Assembly (NCBI GenBank): GCA_963837955.1
Contig: CAWIPH010000002.1
Location: 2,336,001 to 2,400,000 of the forward strand
Reading direction: 5' to 3'
From: an uncultured Verrucomicrobiae bacterium
GTDB taxonomy: Bacteria > Verrucomicrobiota > Verrucomicrobiia > Chthoniobacterales > JAFAMB01
DNA length: 64,000 nucleotides
Part shown: positions 1 through 10,377 of the stretch, in pieces
How positions within the stretch are numbered: the first letter of the stretch is position 1
Layout: each line of letters starts with the position of its first letter
Notes under the pieces: generated by a model
The model's database searches: none
The model's input: the letters and a program-made list of their open reading frames with translations, nothing else
What the model was told of the DNA's origin: nothing
Translations under genes and position numbers: made by a program

Positions 1-164
1 TTCGTGACTGCCTTCGAAATCAGCCAGAAGTGGCGGCCGCCTACGCGAAATTGAAAAAGGACTTGGCGCAACGGTTCCGAACAGATCGGGAGCGATATAC
101 AGAGGCTAAGACCGAATTCATTCGGAGCATTCTCGAGTTAGAAAAGAGAAGTTCGCGGCGATAA
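1..164 (+). CDS. GrpB/UPF0157 family protein, C-terminal part (5' end outside window)
   Basis: Frame 3 reads RDCLRNQPEVAAAYAKLKKDLAQRFRTDRERYTEAKTEFIRSILE.. to TAA at 162-164, matching the GrpB C-terminal pattern FRD.LR..P.....Y..LK..LA......R..Y...K..FI. Not in the ORF track. Confidence 0.75.
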   Translation, partial: RDCLRNQPEVAAAYAKLKKDLAQRFRTDRERYTEAKTEFIRSILELEKRSSRR

Positions 165-209
165 AGTCGGCTTCCTTGGCGGAACTACCCGAGTCCTAGG
201 TTCTCTGCC

Positions 210-263
210 GGGGAGGGCGCACGTCCTCGTGCGCCGCGGATCGCGAGGACGCGATCCCTCCCC
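210..263. repeat. GGAG-footed REP doublet (inverted pair of hairpins)
   Basis: GGGGAGGGCGCACGTCCTCGTGCGCCG-CGGATCGCGAGGACGCGATCCCTCCCC between convergent genes. Related copies at 12088, 40214 and 48221. Confidence 0.85.
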
Positions 264-284
264 ACCCGGGCGCGCTTAAAAGTA

Positions 285-809
285 CTAAGGGCGAACGGAG
301 CTGACCCGCGCAAATACGCCGTCGGTGCGGACGTAGTCCCGAAATTCTGCGAAATTTTTCAGTGTTTTTCCGGCGGCACCAGCGTCCCAGGTTATTTTTG
401 GCGACTCATTTCCGAGCCGAGAGATGAGCATGAATCCTGTCGTATGGGCTACCCCACCGTGCTCCCAGGCGATGAGCCAATGCTCATTGTCGGTGACCAT
501 CCAGCATATCCGACTGAACGGAAGAGAAGGATCCTGTACAGCGTCGGTCGGATTCCACGGCTTGTCGGGATCCGCGGGTTTCTGCCCTGGAAAACAGAGT
601 CGCAGCACCTCTGTGGGGATGTCGCGGTAAGATCCCACGCTTCTTAATCTGCTGGCGTCAAGGATCAAGGATCGCTCGCTGGAAGGCAACGGAACAGGTT
701 TGGTGGTGCCAGCAACTGCGACGACCGCAGCCAGTATCAAGTTGGCGCTGATCGTCTTAGTTAAAACGGAGAGTTTGATAAGCATTAGGAATGGATAACG
801 AACGAGCAA
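285..809 (-). CDS. Hypothetical exported protein (start uncertain)
   Basis: 174-aa ORF with a hydrophobic N-terminal stretch (LILAAVVAVAG) and natural-looking composition (WEHGG motif). No family recognised. Confidence 0.55.
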   Translation of the reverse strand: MLVRYPFLMLIKLSVLTKTISANLILAAVVAVAGTTKPVPLPSSERSLILDASRLRSVGSYRDIPTEVLRLCFPGQKPADPDKPWNPTDAVQDPSLPFSRICWMVTDNEHWLIAWEHGGVAHTTGFMLISRLGNESPKITWDAGAAGKTLKNFAEFRDYVRTDGVFARVSSVRP

Positions 810-825
810 TAAAATTTAGGGCGGG

Positions 826-1491
826 TCAGTAAATGAAGGGCAGAAGTCGCCGGGTCTTTTCCCGGTAGGCGCGATACTCGTTTCCAAATTCCGTTTCCAA
901 GAATTTTTCTTCGTCGGCCATCCGGCTCAACAAAAGGAAAAACAAAATAACGTTCAGAACTAACCCAATGGTACTTCGGAAGACGAGCACCCAGCCGATC
1001 ATCGCTATGAGTAGTCCGGTATAGCTTGGATGGCGGATATGCTTGTAGATACCGTCGGTCTTTAGCTTGTGATCCGGTTGGATTGCGACCAGTCCGCTAA
1101 AACGACGTCCGAGCACAAAGACAGCTATTAATCGGATAACTGATCCAATCCAAAAGAGCGCTAAACCTAGATAACGCATTCCATCACCATCAATTACCCA
1201 GAGATCGTGGCGGTCGCAGTAAGGAGGAATTGCGGTCATGAACAGGAAGAGGACTATGAACCAGACAATAATGCGTTTGCTTCCGGGAGAATAACGTTTG
1301 CCTGAACTGATGCCCGAAGTACCGGAAAAACAGGCAACGACGGTCAGCAGAACCGAAGCGACGACGAGTTCTCTCCGGGCGGGATGGGCGAAAAACATAC
1401 TCCAATCGCCCCATGCCAAGATCGTGATACCAATTTGCACAACCAAACCAATAGTTGCGACTATTGCTATCCGGGGGTCAAAGCGCGCCAT
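826..1491 (-). CDS. Isoprenylcysteine carboxyl methyltransferase (ICMT/PEMT) family membrane protein
   Basis: Multiple TM segments. Motifs HKLKTDGIYKHIRHPSY and EEKFL..EFG.EY..Y..KT..L.P. Confidence 0.9.
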   Translation of the reverse strand: MARFDPRIAIVATIGLVVQIGITILAWGDWSMFFAHPARRELVVASVLLTVVACFSGTSGISSGKRYSPGSKRIIVWFIVLFLFMTAIPPYCDRHDLWVIDGDGMRYLGLALFWIGSVIRLIAVFVLGRRFSGLVAIQPDHKLKTDGIYKHIRHPSYTGLLIAMIGWVLVFRSTIGLVLNVILFFLLLSRMADEEKFLETEFGNEYRAYREKTRRLLPFIY

Positions 1492-1516
1492 CGGTATCAG
1501 TGCGGCCCTTCAGGCC

Positions 1517-1660
1517 GAATGACAAATTAGAAATGACAAATGACAGATTTGATCTGCAGATCTGGCTAATTTCATTGGATCAGGCCCGGAGGCGACCCTC
1601 TATCTGCTATCTGCTATTTGCTATTTGCTATTTCTCACCGGCCATTTGTCATTTCTAATT
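1517..1660. repeat. Heptamer-repeat element with 18-bp terminal inverted repeat
   Basis: AATTAGAAATGACAAATG (1525-1542) is the exact reverse complement of 1643-1660. Internal TGCTATY tandem heptamers at 1605-1632. Confidence 0.8.
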
Positions 1661-1665
1661 CCGCC

Positions 1666-2478
1666 ATGAATACCTCCACGAAATCCAAAGCAGTTGCCTT
1701 CCACCAATTGCATCATACGGATCAAATCCTCGTGCTGCCAAATTCCTGGGACGCGCTGAGTGCTCTGATCTTGAAAGAAGCCGGCGCTAAGGCCGTTGCC
1801 ACGACCAGTGCAGGACTTGCTTGGGCGCACGGATACGGTGATGGCGAGAAGCTACCGGTGGATATGCTTATCCAGGCAATCCGGGAAATTACCCGCGTCA
1901 TCGATGTACCGGTAACGGTTGATCTCGAAAGTGGATTTAGTGACGATCTCACGACGTTCGCGACAACCATCGAGGCTGTTATCGATGCCGGTGCAGTCGG
2001 CATTAACCTGGAAGACGGAAGCAAAGCGCCGGAGTTATTGACGGCGAAGATTCGTGCCACCAAAGAGGTCGCGTGCCGCAAAGATGTTCCGCTTTTCATC
2101 AATGCGCGAACTGACGTATTTCTTCGATCTCTAGTACCAGAACCGGAAGCGGTCGCGGAAGTCATTCGCCGGGGTGCGCTCTACCGGGAAGCGGGCGGTG
2201 ATGGTTTCTTCGTGCCCGGCTTGGTGCAACTGGAAAAGATTCGTGCAATCGTCGAATCGGTCGATCTCCCGCTTAACGTTTTGGCAACTCGTGGGGTAGC
2301 TACTATTGAGGAATTAGAAAAAATCGGCGCGAAGAGGTTGAGCTTGGGTGCGCGATTGTCGGAGGCCGTGTTTGGCCGACTTAAACAAATCGCGACCAAG
2401 CTGCTTCATGATCGTTCGCTGGAAGGTCTATTTGCAGAGGGCCTCTCCTTTGCCGAAATCAATCAGCTCATGAGTTGA
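1666..2478 (+). CDS. Isocitrate lyase/PEP mutase superfamily protein (PrpB-like)
   Basis: Motifs LPNSWDALSA, ATTSAGLA, VDLESGF, GINLEDG, FINARTD. ATG at 1666 chosen over the upstream TTG, which lies in the repeat. Confidence 0.9.
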   Translation: MNTSTKSKAVAFHQLHHTDQILVLPNSWDALSALILKEAGAKAVATTSAGLAWAHGYGDGEKLPVDMLIQAIREITRVIDVPVTVDLESGFSDDLTTFATTIEAVIDAGAVGINLEDGSKAPELLTAKIRATKEVACRKDVPLFINARTDVFLRSLVPEPEAVAEVIRRGALYREAGGDGFFVPGLVQLEKIRAIVESVDLPLNVLATRGVATIEELEKIGAKRLSLGARLSEAVFGRLKQIATKLLHDRSLEGLFAEGLSFAEINQLMS

Positions 2479-2501
2479 GCAGAGCGCAATATCCAGCGCT
2501 C

Positions 2502-2806
2502 GGAGGGTGCGCCGCTTGCGGCGCCCGGGCACAATCCAGGGTGAAGACCGGTAGGCGAAACCCGACTTCGCCAACTTGTCGCGCCGCAGGCTTGGCGAAG
2601 GCGGAAGCCTACGTCGCGGCTAGATCTCTGGTGTTCCCAAAACGCACGGCTGAGGGCGCGCCATCAGCGCAGCGACGGCGGCACGCCGTGAGCGACAGCG
2701 AGACTGGCGTGTGAGCCAAACGATAGATCGTGCGCGCAAGGCTCACAGTCCGGCGTTAGACGATGTGATCCAATCACGCGTTTTCTGCCGGACTGTATCG
2801 CCCTAC
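2502..2806. repeat. Composite REP-like cluster
   Basis: GGAG hairpin at 2502-2526, a ~60-bp unit at ~2561-2619 resembling ~5547-5606, and 2682-2806 which is a reverse-complement homolog of 23028-23150. Confidence 0.75.
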
Positions 2807-2851
2807 CCGCTCTCGCCTTCGGGTGAGCTCCACCATGCGGACGACCGCCTA

Positions 2852-3865
2852 TCAGCGCCCGGAGGAGAGCTTCTGGATGAAGTCGTACGGGTAGGGAAGT
2901 TCGGGTTCGCTGGCGGCGTCGAGTTTTTGCACCTGTTCAGGTGTGAGTTCCCAGCCAGCCGAACCGAGATTTGTCTCCAATTGTTCACGGTGGCGAGCCC
3001 CGATAATCGGTGCGGTGACACCGGGTTTGCGCAAGAGCCAGTTAATAGCGACCTGGGCGGGCGTATGTCCTGACTCTTTTGCCACGGAGTGTAACACGTC
3101 AAGGGTGCGCCAGGTCGATTCCCGATTGTATGCACTCCAATTTTCCGACCAGCCTTTTTTCTCAGCAACTTCGATCCGGGAACCGGCCGGCGGGGCCGTC
3201 ATACCGCGATAGAATTTTCCCGATAACCAACCGCCGCGTAAAGGGCTCCATGGGATGACTCCAAGCCCTTCGCGCAGCGAGACTGGAATGAGTTCCCACT
3301 CGGTCGAGCGGCAAAGGAGATTGTATTGTGGTTGGAGACAAACGAACGGTTCCCAGCCGTTCGTGCGGCTCAAATCGATGGCTTTCTGAAGTTGCCAACC
3401 GGTGAAATTGCTGACTCCGAGATATCTGACCAATCCTTGTCGGACCAAATCATTCAGGGTCGAAAGAGTTTCTTCTAATGGGGTACCTGGATCCCAACAA
3501 TGGACCTGATAAAGGTCGATGTAGTCGGTCTGCAGACGTTTCAGGCTTGCGTGAACGGAAGATAGGATGTGTTTGCGGCTCAAGCCGATATCATTCGGCC
3601 CATCACCCATAGGAAAGCGAACCTTGGTCGCGATGATGAGATTATCTCGGTGCTGTCGGCTGATCCAGCGACCCAGAATCTCTTCGGAGACACCGGTCGA
3701 ATAAACGTTCGCCGTATCGATAAAATTCCCGCCAGCCCCGACGAAATGGTCGAGCATTGCGTGGCTCTCCGCTTCGTCCGCCTCATTTTCGCGACCAAAG
3801 GTCATCGCACCTAAGCAAAGCTCACTGACGCGTAATCCTGTCCGTCCTAGATATCGATATTCCAT
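2852..3865 (-). CDS. Aldo/keto reductase
   Basis: [56 protein letters not shown]. Confidence 0.95.
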   Translation of the reverse strand: MEYRYLGRTGLRVSELCLGAMTFGRENEADEAESHAMLDHFVGAGGNFIDTANVYSTGVSEEILGRWISRQHRDNLIIATKVRFPMGDGPNDIGLSRKHILSSVHASLKRLQTDYIDLYQVHCWDPGTPLEETLSTLNDLVRQGLVRYLGVSNFTGWQLQKAIDLSRTNGWEPFVCLQPQYNLLCRSTEWELIPVSLREGLGVIPWSPLRGGWLSGKFYRGMTAPPAGSRIEVAEKKGWSENWSAYNRESTWRTLDVLHSVAKESGHTPAQVAINWLLRKPGVTAPIIGARHREQLETNLGSAGWELTPEQVQKLDAASEPELPYPYDFIQKLSSGR

Positions 3866-3904
3866 AGGCGGGAAACGTAGGACGGTCGATCAGCGATGGC
3901 AAAC

Positions 3905-4086
3905 TGGAAGAATACTACGCGAAAACGACGGGCATGCCATCTCAGCCGGCTTTTGGGAGAAACTCAAAACGGGTAAATCTGGCAACCCGTTCCGCTGCTA
4001 AAGGAGCCGATTCAGGCAACTAAAGAGGCCGGATGAAGGACTGACAGGCCAAATAGTTGACGGTTTATTCCCGTAGTATTTTTTCC
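3905..4086. promoter_or_regulatory. Two candidate HexR/RpiR half-sites (CGTAGTATT) in the divergent AKR/ABC intergenic region
   Basis: CGTAGTATTCTTCCA on the minus strand (3919-3905) and CGTAGTATTTTTTCC (4072-4086). The same core occurs at 12187 and 12432. Confidence 0.45.
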
Positions 4087-4194
4087 GAGTTGATTTTTGA
4101 CGCGTAAGACATAGCCTCGCGTTATTCCCCCCGTCGCTAGCTGGCGAAAATCACTTTCTTCTACCAGTCCAGTGCCGAAGTGGAGTTGAGCGAT

Positions 4195-5280
4195 ATGAAT
4201 CCTGAAAACTCTGATCTAATCCGTCAACCGATCCCCCGGAGGACGTTTATTCGCCGCGCCGCGGCTGTAACCGGCGCAACTGCAGTTTTGACGGCTCTGC
4301 CGCGCAAACTGTTCGCCGCAGATAGCAAACCAGTCCTGGTAAATTCCATCCGTTCTCTGGCCAATCCGTATCACGCCACCTGGAATCAAGGTGGTGTTGA
4401 TTTCGCTAAAGCGGTCGGATGTGAATACGTCACACTCGTTACCGAGGGTAACAGCGAGAAAGGGATCGCTGATATCCGCGCCATCTTGGCGAAGACCGGT
4501 GGCAATCTGGTTTTGAACGTTGATCCAAACGACTCACCGGATGCTCGATCGATCGTCGAAGCGTGCGTCAGCGCGAAAGCCCATGTGGTCACGCAATGGA
4601 ATAAACCGGACGATTTACATCCGAAAGATTTTAACCCGTATTACATAGCCCACATCATTTTCGATGGGGTGACCTATGGCCAGCAGACAGCCGAGGCGTT
4701 ATTCAAAACATTCGGAGGATCCGGCGGGATCGTCGGTTTGGGCGGTATTATTTCTAATACACCCGCTATTCAGCGTAAGCAGGGCATGGAAAAAGCCCTC
4801 GCCGCCAACCCGAATGTGAAGCTGCTCGATTTCCAAGTGGCCAACTGGAAGGCTTCGGAAGCGTTCACGATCACCGGCACCTGGCTGACCAAGTTCGGGA
4901 AAGACATCAAAGGCATCTGGGCTGCGAATGATGATATGGCTAGTGGCGCGCTAGAAGCGTTACGAGCCGAGGGCCTAAACGGCAAAATTCCCGTTTGTGG
5001 CACGGACGGAATCAAACTCGCGGTCGAAGCGGTCAAAAGCGGCGATATGGCTGCGACCGCTTCCTGGAATCCGTACTGGCAGGGAGGAATGGGATTGGCC
5101 ATTGGTTACGGTGCGCGGACGGGCAAGTTTGAGGTCACCAAAGAACCGGACAATCACCGTAACTATAATGCAAAAGGTATCCTTGTAACCAAAGACACGG
5201 TCGACGATTTCATAAAGAATTACATTCAAACTACGCCTAAGGTCGATTGGACCGATTACTGGGGTAACGTCGCAAGCTGA
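4195..5280 (+). CDS. Sugar ABC transporter substrate-binding protein (RbsB-like), Tat signal peptide
   Basis: RRTFIRRAAAV twin-arginine leader. Periplasmic binding protein motifs ANPYH, IWAANDDMA.GA, GTDG. Confidence 0.92.
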   Translation: MNPENSDLIRQPIPRRTFIRRAAAVTGATAVLTALPRKLFAADSKPVLVNSIRSLANPYHATWNQGGVDFAKAVGCEYVTLVTEGNSEKGIADIRAILAKTGGNLVLNVDPNDSPDARSIVEACVSAKAHVVTQWNKPDDLHPKDFNPYYIAHIIFDGVTYGQQTAEALFKTFGGSGGIVGLGGIISNTPAIQRKQGMEKALAANPNVKLLDFQVANWKASEAFTITGTWLTKFGKDIKGIWAANDDMASGALEALRAEGLNGKIPVCGTDGIKLAVEAVKSGDMAATASWNPYWQGGMGLAIGYGARTGKFEVTKEPDNHRNYNAKGILVTKDTVDDFIKNYIQTTPKVDWTDYWGNVAS

Positions 5281-5363
5281 CGGGAATCCGAGCGCACCAG
5301 GAGTCGTAACCATAATTTGTCTTGGTCGTCGTGCTTGTTCTCGAATGAGGCAATCACGATAGG

Positions 5364-5639
5364 GTAGGGCGAAAACCTCGTCCGGCAGGCGCCGGGCGGG
5401 TTTGAGCCGTGCCCCTGGATCGACCTGGGCGCAGGATATGTTAAAATCTACCTATCATTTTAGCCAGATTGCAGCACGAATGGTTCTGAGGGTACGATCA
5501 ACTAAGGCGCGCGATCAGGTACAGAGGGCGTCGGTAAGGACACGCTCCCGACTTCGCACACTTGTCGCGCCGGAGGCCTGGCGAAGGCGGAAAGCCCACG
5601 TCGCGGATGCACAACGGACGCGCGGGAGCGCGTCCCTAC
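5364..5639. repeat. GTAG-footed REP cluster inside the ABC operon
   Basis: GTAGGGCGAAAAC..GTTTGAGCCG (5364-5409) and an inverted hairpin CGGACGCGCGGGAGCGCGTCCCTAC ending at 5639. Confidence 0.7.
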
Positions 5640-5703
5640 CGCTTTCAACGAGTCCGCTTACGATCGAATTTATCAGGGAACGACGAGGAAAATCTTTGGC
5701 GAA

Positions 5704-6735
5704 GTGAACAAATCTTCGACGAGTACAATCTCAAAGACTGAGTTGGACCAGGCCAAACCGCAAAAACAGGAACCGCGCTCCCGGAAATGGCTGGAGCGGG
5801 TCAAGTCTTTTGCGCCGCTTCTCGCGTTGATCGTCCTGTCGCTCCTAATCGGCCTGAGCAATCCGCGCTTTTTTGATTTCTTCAATTTTGTCCGAATCGC
5901 TAATTCTGCGGCGATACCGCTGGTGCTCGCTCTCGGAGCCACGTTCGTTATCCTACTGGGAAGCGTTGATCTTTCGGTGGAGGGCGTACTCGCGCTCGGT
6001 GCAGTGGTCGTTGCCATCTCAGTTCACAACGACATGAACCAGAATTCTTTCGGCTGGATTGCTCCCATTTTTGCTATCGCTGCGGGCGCGGCCATCGGAT
6101 TTTTGAACGGATTTATTCATGTGAGAGTCCGTATCCCGTCGTTCATGGTTACCCTCGGCAGCTGGTTTGTTGGAATCGGGCTCGCAACCCTGATTCTGGG
6201 CGGGAAAAACGCGCGGGTACTCGATCCCGAAATTCGCGCACTTGCGCTCACTCGATTTTTCAATTTTCCGCTAGCGGTTTGGGTTTCATTAGGAGTGCTG
6301 GTCGTGGCTTGGCTGATCGAAAGATTTACGATATTCGGCCGGCATGTTCTAGCCATTGGTGGCGGAGAAGATCTCGCTTTGCTTTCTGGCATTCATGTTA
6401 ATCGAGTAAAAATATTGGTATTCACCCTGGCCGGAGCGTTCTATGGAATCGGCGGAGTTTTGGCGGCAGCACAGCTCGGTCAAGGCAACGCCACTATCGG
6501 TGACGGTCGGCTATTTTCGACGATCACAGCTGTCGTGGTTGGTGGAACGTCGTTGAGCGGCGGAACGGGTGGGGTACTAAACAGTCTGGTTGGTGTCTTG
6601 ATCATTGCTGTCCTGGGCAATGGCATGGTTTTGCTTGGCATTTCCCCGGAACTCCAACAAGCAGTACAAGGGCTCATTATCATCATTGCCGTGGCATCTT
6701 CGATCGATCGTCAGCGGATGAAATTTGTGAAATAA
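5704..6735 (+). CDS. Sugar ABC transporter permease (RbsC-like)
   Basis: GSVDLSV, IPSFMVTLG, AIGG.E..A.LSGI, AVVVGGTSLSGG.G motifs. Confidence 0.95.
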   Translation: MNKSSTSTISKTELDQAKPQKQEPRSRKWLERVKSFAPLLALIVLSLLIGLSNPRFFDFFNFVRIANSAAIPLVLALGATFVILLGSVDLSVEGVLALGAVVVAISVHNDMNQNSFGWIAPIFAIAAGAAIGFLNGFIHVRVRIPSFMVTLGSWFVGIGLATLILGGKNARVLDPEIRALALTRFFNFPLAVWVSLGVLVVAWLIERFTIFGRHVLAIGGGEDLALLSGIHVNRVKILVFTLAGAFYGIGGVLAAAQLGQGNATIGDGRLFSTITAVVVGGTSLSGGTGGVLNSLVGVLIIAVLGNGMVLLGISPELQQAVQGLIIIIAVASSIDRQRMKFVK

Positions 6736-6739
6736 GGCC

Positions 6740-8257
6740 ATGGCGGAAAAAGCATTTCTCAGCCTGACCAATGTCAGCAAAGCGTTTGCCGGCGTGCAGG
6801 CGCTAGACCGTGTCTCGATTGAAATTCGGCCGGGCGAAGTGGTCGGTTTGGTTGGCGAAAATGGTGCAGGGAAATCGACGCTGATTCGGATATTGGCGGG
6901 AGTCTACCGGCCTGATAACGGGGCCCTGCTCCTCGACGGCAAACCCCTCACACTGAACAGTCCACGCGAAGCCAATCTGAACGGCATCGGGATTGTGTTT
7001 CAGGAGCAATCCTTACTTCCCAATCTAACGGTCGCGGAAAACATCTATCTCGGTCAGGAAAAAGAATTTAGTCGCTGGGGCGTTGTCTCCTGGCCAGCCC
7101 TGCGTGCGGCAGCGCGCCGCCAGTTGGAAAAAGTCCAATTAACGATTGACCCTGCTGCGCGAACCGCGCGGTTGAGCTTTGCGGAAAGGCAAATGGTCGA
7201 ATTGGCTAAAGCCTTGGCCTTGGAGGAGCGAACGGAGCGGCACCTCGTGATTCTGTTAGACGAGCCGACCTCCGTCCTCGAACAACGGGAAATCGACATT
7301 CTTTTTGAACGGGTGCGCGCTCTGCGCAGTCGCGCCAGTTTCGTGTTTGTCTCGCATCGCTTGGATGAAGTCTTGCACATCTCTGACCGCGTCTATGTCA
7401 TGAAGGATGGCAAGGTCGTAGCCGAGATGCCTTCGACGGAAACGACCGTTCCACAATTGCATCGGCTCATGGTCGGAAGGGAACTCCACGCCGAGTATTA
7501 CCGCGAGGCCCAACAACTTCCACCCAGAGAGAACGTGGCGATTCGGGCGGAGCGTCTAACGGTGGACGGTTCCTATCGCAACGTTGATTTTATCTTGCGA
7601 CAAGGGGAGATCTTGGGCATCGCTGGAGTGATTGGATCGGGCCGCGAAGCATTGACTCGAACGCTTTTTGGTTTTCTCCCGCATTCTTCCGGAACACTCA
7701 CAGTTTCCGGGCTACCTGTTCGATTGACCTCCCCAGATCAGGCGGCCACTTTGGGTATTGGATACATTCCACGCGAGCGTCGAGTCGAGGGACTCGTGCT
7801 GGCGCTACCCATCGTTTCCAATATTACACTAGCGAGTCTCGCCACCGTGATGAAGACAGGAGCAATTCAGACAAAGCGAGAACGGGAAGTCGCCCAAAGT
7901 TGGGTGGAGAAGTTGCATGTTCGCACCCCCAACGTCGACGCGCTTTGCCTCAACCTCAGTGGAGGAAACCAACAGAAAGTCGTCCTGGCAAAGTGGATGA
8001 ACGCGCAGTCGAAGATTCTGATTTTCGATCATCCGACTCGGGGTCTCGATGTCGGAGCCAAGGAGGAAGTATATGACTTAATGCGAACGCTTTCGAAACA
8101 AGGAATTGCGATCGTGCTCACAGCCGACACGCTGGAAGAAACAATCGGGCTTTCCCATTCCATTATTGTGATGCGCGACGGCGAGGTGACGGCACGTTTC
8201 GATGCGCCGCCGGGCAACAAACCAGCCCAGATCGATCTGATCGGACACATGGTTTAA
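6740..8257 (+). CDS. Sugar ABC transporter ATP-binding protein (RbsA-like, two ABC domains)
   Basis: GENGAGKSTL, LLDEPTS, VSHRLDE, LSGGNQQKV, PTRGLDVGAK. Confidence 0.95.
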   Translation: MAEKAFLSLTNVSKAFAGVQALDRVSIEIRPGEVVGLVGENGAGKSTLIRILAGVYRPDNGALLLDGKPLTLNSPREANLNGIGIVFQEQSLLPNLTVAENIYLGQEKEFSRWGVVSWPALRAAARRQLEKVQLTIDPAARTARLSFAERQMVELAKALALEERTERHLVILLDEPTSVLEQREIDILFERVRALRSRASFVFVSHRLDEVLHISDRVYVMKDGKVVAEMPSTETTVPQLHRLMVGRELHAEYYREAQQLPPRENVAIRAERLTVDGSYRNVDFILRQGEILGIAGVIGSGREALTRTLFGFLPHSSGTLTVSGLPVRLTSPDQAATLGIGYIPRERRVEGLVLALPIVSNITLASLATVMKTGAIQTKREREVAQSWVEKLHVRTPNVDALCLNLSGGNQQKVVLAKWMNAQSKILIFDHPTRGLDVGAKEEVYDLMRTLSKQGIAIVLTADTLEETIGLSHSIIVMRDGEVTARFDAPPGNKPAQIDLIGHMV

Positions 8258-8261
8258 GAAA

Positions 8262-9233
8262 ATGCCGGCATCTTCGACAACTCTGAAGAAAATCAATTAT
8301 GCCGACCAGATTCGTGCATTTGCGCCTCTACTGGTACTGGTCGGACTAGTACTGGTGATCGGCACCTTGCGACCTGCCTTTTTCAATCCGGAGAGCTTGA
8401 TTGGGACCTTCGCCGACACTGCCATTCTGTTTATTCTAGGCGCCGGCTCGACCTTTGTGGTCATGCTTGGAAGCATAGATCTTTCAATCCAAGCCATCTG
8501 TTCTTTTGCCAGCGTGATTGTCGCCGTGATGCTCCCGACTTACGGGTACGGGTTTTTTATTGTGGCGTTGGCGATGGGGTTGCTGGCCGGCACGGTGAGC
8601 GGGGTGTTTCACGTATGGCTCAAAATTCCTTCGTTTATTGTTACATTGGCTACCAGCGGTCTGCTGGTTTCCGCTGCTCTCTTGCTGTCACACGAACGAG
8701 CGATCAGTATTGAAGAATCGGGCCGCGCCTATCTCACCTGGGTGAATGGTCGGTTGTTCGATTTACCGAATGTTATTTGGATTGCGGCGATTGTGGCCGT
8801 CCTGGGCGTTTGGTGCCAGAAATACACTCCGTTCGGCCGCTACAGTATTGCGATCGGCGCTGGTGAGGCCGCCACCTGGGCATCCGGCGTTAGAGTGAAC
8901 CGCTACAAGGTACTCGCTTTCGCGATCTCAGGCGCCCTTGCGGCTTTGGCCGGTGTCCTAATGGCGGGCAGACAAAGCAGCGGCTCTCCCAACCTCGCCG
9001 ATCAATTGTTGCTGCCGGCCATCGCCTCGGTGATCGTTGGTGGTACAGCGATCACGGGTGGGGCAGGCGGAATTGGCCGAACTGTGGTGGGCGCTTTGAT
9101 CATCACGATTGTCCGGGTTGGGATGACATTCATAGGAGTGAACATCTTTGCTCAGCAGATCGTGTTTGGGCTGGTGCTCATTGTCGCGGTTGCCCTCACC
9201 ATCGATCGAGGAAAGATCGTGATTGTAAAGTAA
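8262..9233 (+). CDS. Sugar ABC transporter permease (second RbsC-like)
   Basis: GSIDLS, IPSFIVTL, VIVGGTAITGG.G motifs. Confidence 0.95.
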   Translation: MPASSTTLKKINYADQIRAFAPLLVLVGLVLVIGTLRPAFFNPESLIGTFADTAILFILGAGSTFVVMLGSIDLSIQAICSFASVIVAVMLPTYGYGFFIVALAMGLLAGTVSGVFHVWLKIPSFIVTLATSGLLVSAALLLSHERAISIEESGRAYLTWVNGRLFDLPNVIWIAAIVAVLGVWCQKYTPFGRYSIAIGAGEAATWASGVRVNRYKVLAFAISGALAALAGVLMAGRQSSGSPNLADQLLLPAIASVIVGGTAITGGAGGIGRTVVGALIITIVRVGMTFIGVNIFAQQIVFGLVLIVAVALTIDRGKIVIVK

Positions 9234-9266
9234 TTCGCTCTGTTACAGCACTATACGACTGTTTTT

Positions 9267-10061
9267 ATGGACTTAGAGTTAAAAGATAAAGTGGCCGTCA
9301 TCACTGGCGGTAGTGTCGGAATCGGGCTGGCTGTTGCCGAAGGTCTAGCGGCGGAGGGCGTACACCTGGTCTTAGCGGCGCGCCAGGGAGACCGGGTCAA
9401 AACCGAGGCGAACCGAGTCGCCGAAAAATTCAAGGTGCGTGCGATCGGGGTAGCGGCGGATGTGGCAACGGTTGCGGGCACCGAGGCGCTCGTCCAGGCT
9501 GCAGAGACTGAATTCGGTGGCGCCGATATTCTAATTAATAACGCCGGCACAGGTAGCAATGAGACGGTCATGGAAGCGCCGGACGACAAATGGCAATACT
9601 ATTGGGATCTGCATGTGATGGCCGCTATTCGTCTTGCCCGCGGTCTGGTACCGTCGATGCGCAAGCGTGGAGGAGGGGTGATTTTGCACAATGGATCGAT
9701 CTGCACGGTCCAGCCGCTTTGGTACGAGCCAATCTACAACACGACCAAGGCTGCGCTGTTGATGTTCTCAAAAACCCTCGCGAACGAACTGATCAAAGAC
9801 AATATCCGCGTGAACACGATTAATCCCGGGCTGGTGCTGACCCCGGATTGGATCAAGACCGCCAAACAATTGACCGCCGATAAGGGCGGAGATTGGCAGG
9901 CGCACCTCGATGGCGTTGCCCGTGAATATGCGCCAATTGATCGATTTGCTACGCCAGAAGAAGTCGCCCATTTTTTCGTCTTCATGTGTTCACCCAGGGC
10001 AAGCTATTCGGTCGGGTCCGCGTATTTTGTCGATGGAGGAATGCTGAAGGTCGTGGCGTGA
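9267..10061 (+). CDS. SDR oxidoreductase resembling Gluconobacter NADPH L-sorbose reductase (SboA)
   Basis: TGGSVGIG, NNAG, YNTTK. Segments NNAGTGSNET, LHVMAA.RLARGLVP, QPLWYEPIYN.TKAAL, NPGL.LTPDWIKTAK and YSVGSAYFVDGGMLK match my recollection of SboA. Confidence 0.85.
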   Translation: MDLELKDKVAVITGGSVGIGLAVAEGLAAEGVHLVLAARQGDRVKTEANRVAEKFKVRAIGVAADVATVAGTEALVQAAETEFGGADILINNAGTGSNETVMEAPDDKWQYYWDLHVMAAIRLARGLVPSMRKRGGGVILHNGSICTVQPLWYEPIYNTTKAALLMFSKTLANELIKDNIRVNTINPGLVLTPDWIKTAKQLTADKGGDWQAHLDGVAREYAPIDRFATPEEVAHFFVFMCSPRASYSVGSAYFVDGGMLKVVA

Positions 10062-10160
10062 CAGGGAAAGAATTCGGAATTTCGAATTTAGAATCTAGAA
10101 GGTTGGCGGCGGCGCGTTTGTTAGAAAAATCCGAACCTCAACCTGTCTATATACCCACGA

Positions 10161-10317
10161 GTCGGAGGGCGCGTCGCTTGCGACGCCCGGACATTACCCC
10201 CCCGCATACCGAGGAATCGAGACCACGAACCTGGTCCCTGAAAGTTGGATTGTGGAAACGCCGACGCCATCGATTGGTCGGGTTTTCCCGGGCGTCGCAA
10301 GCGACGCGCCCTCCGAC
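10161..10317. repeat. REPIN-like element with perfect 30-bp inverted repeats between convergent genes
   Basis: GTCGGAGGGCGCGTCGCTTGCGACGCCCGG (10161-10190) is the reverse complement of 10288-10317. Confidence 0.9.
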
Positions 10318-10377
10318 GTCGTCCCGACCTAAAAGGTGTTGAAATACCTGAGAATTGAAACCCTGCTTTCGACCGAA

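Noticed and set aside
1666..2478. Second isocitrate lyase
   Set aside because: It lacks the KKCGH catalytic loop and is much shorter, so only superfamily membership is supported.
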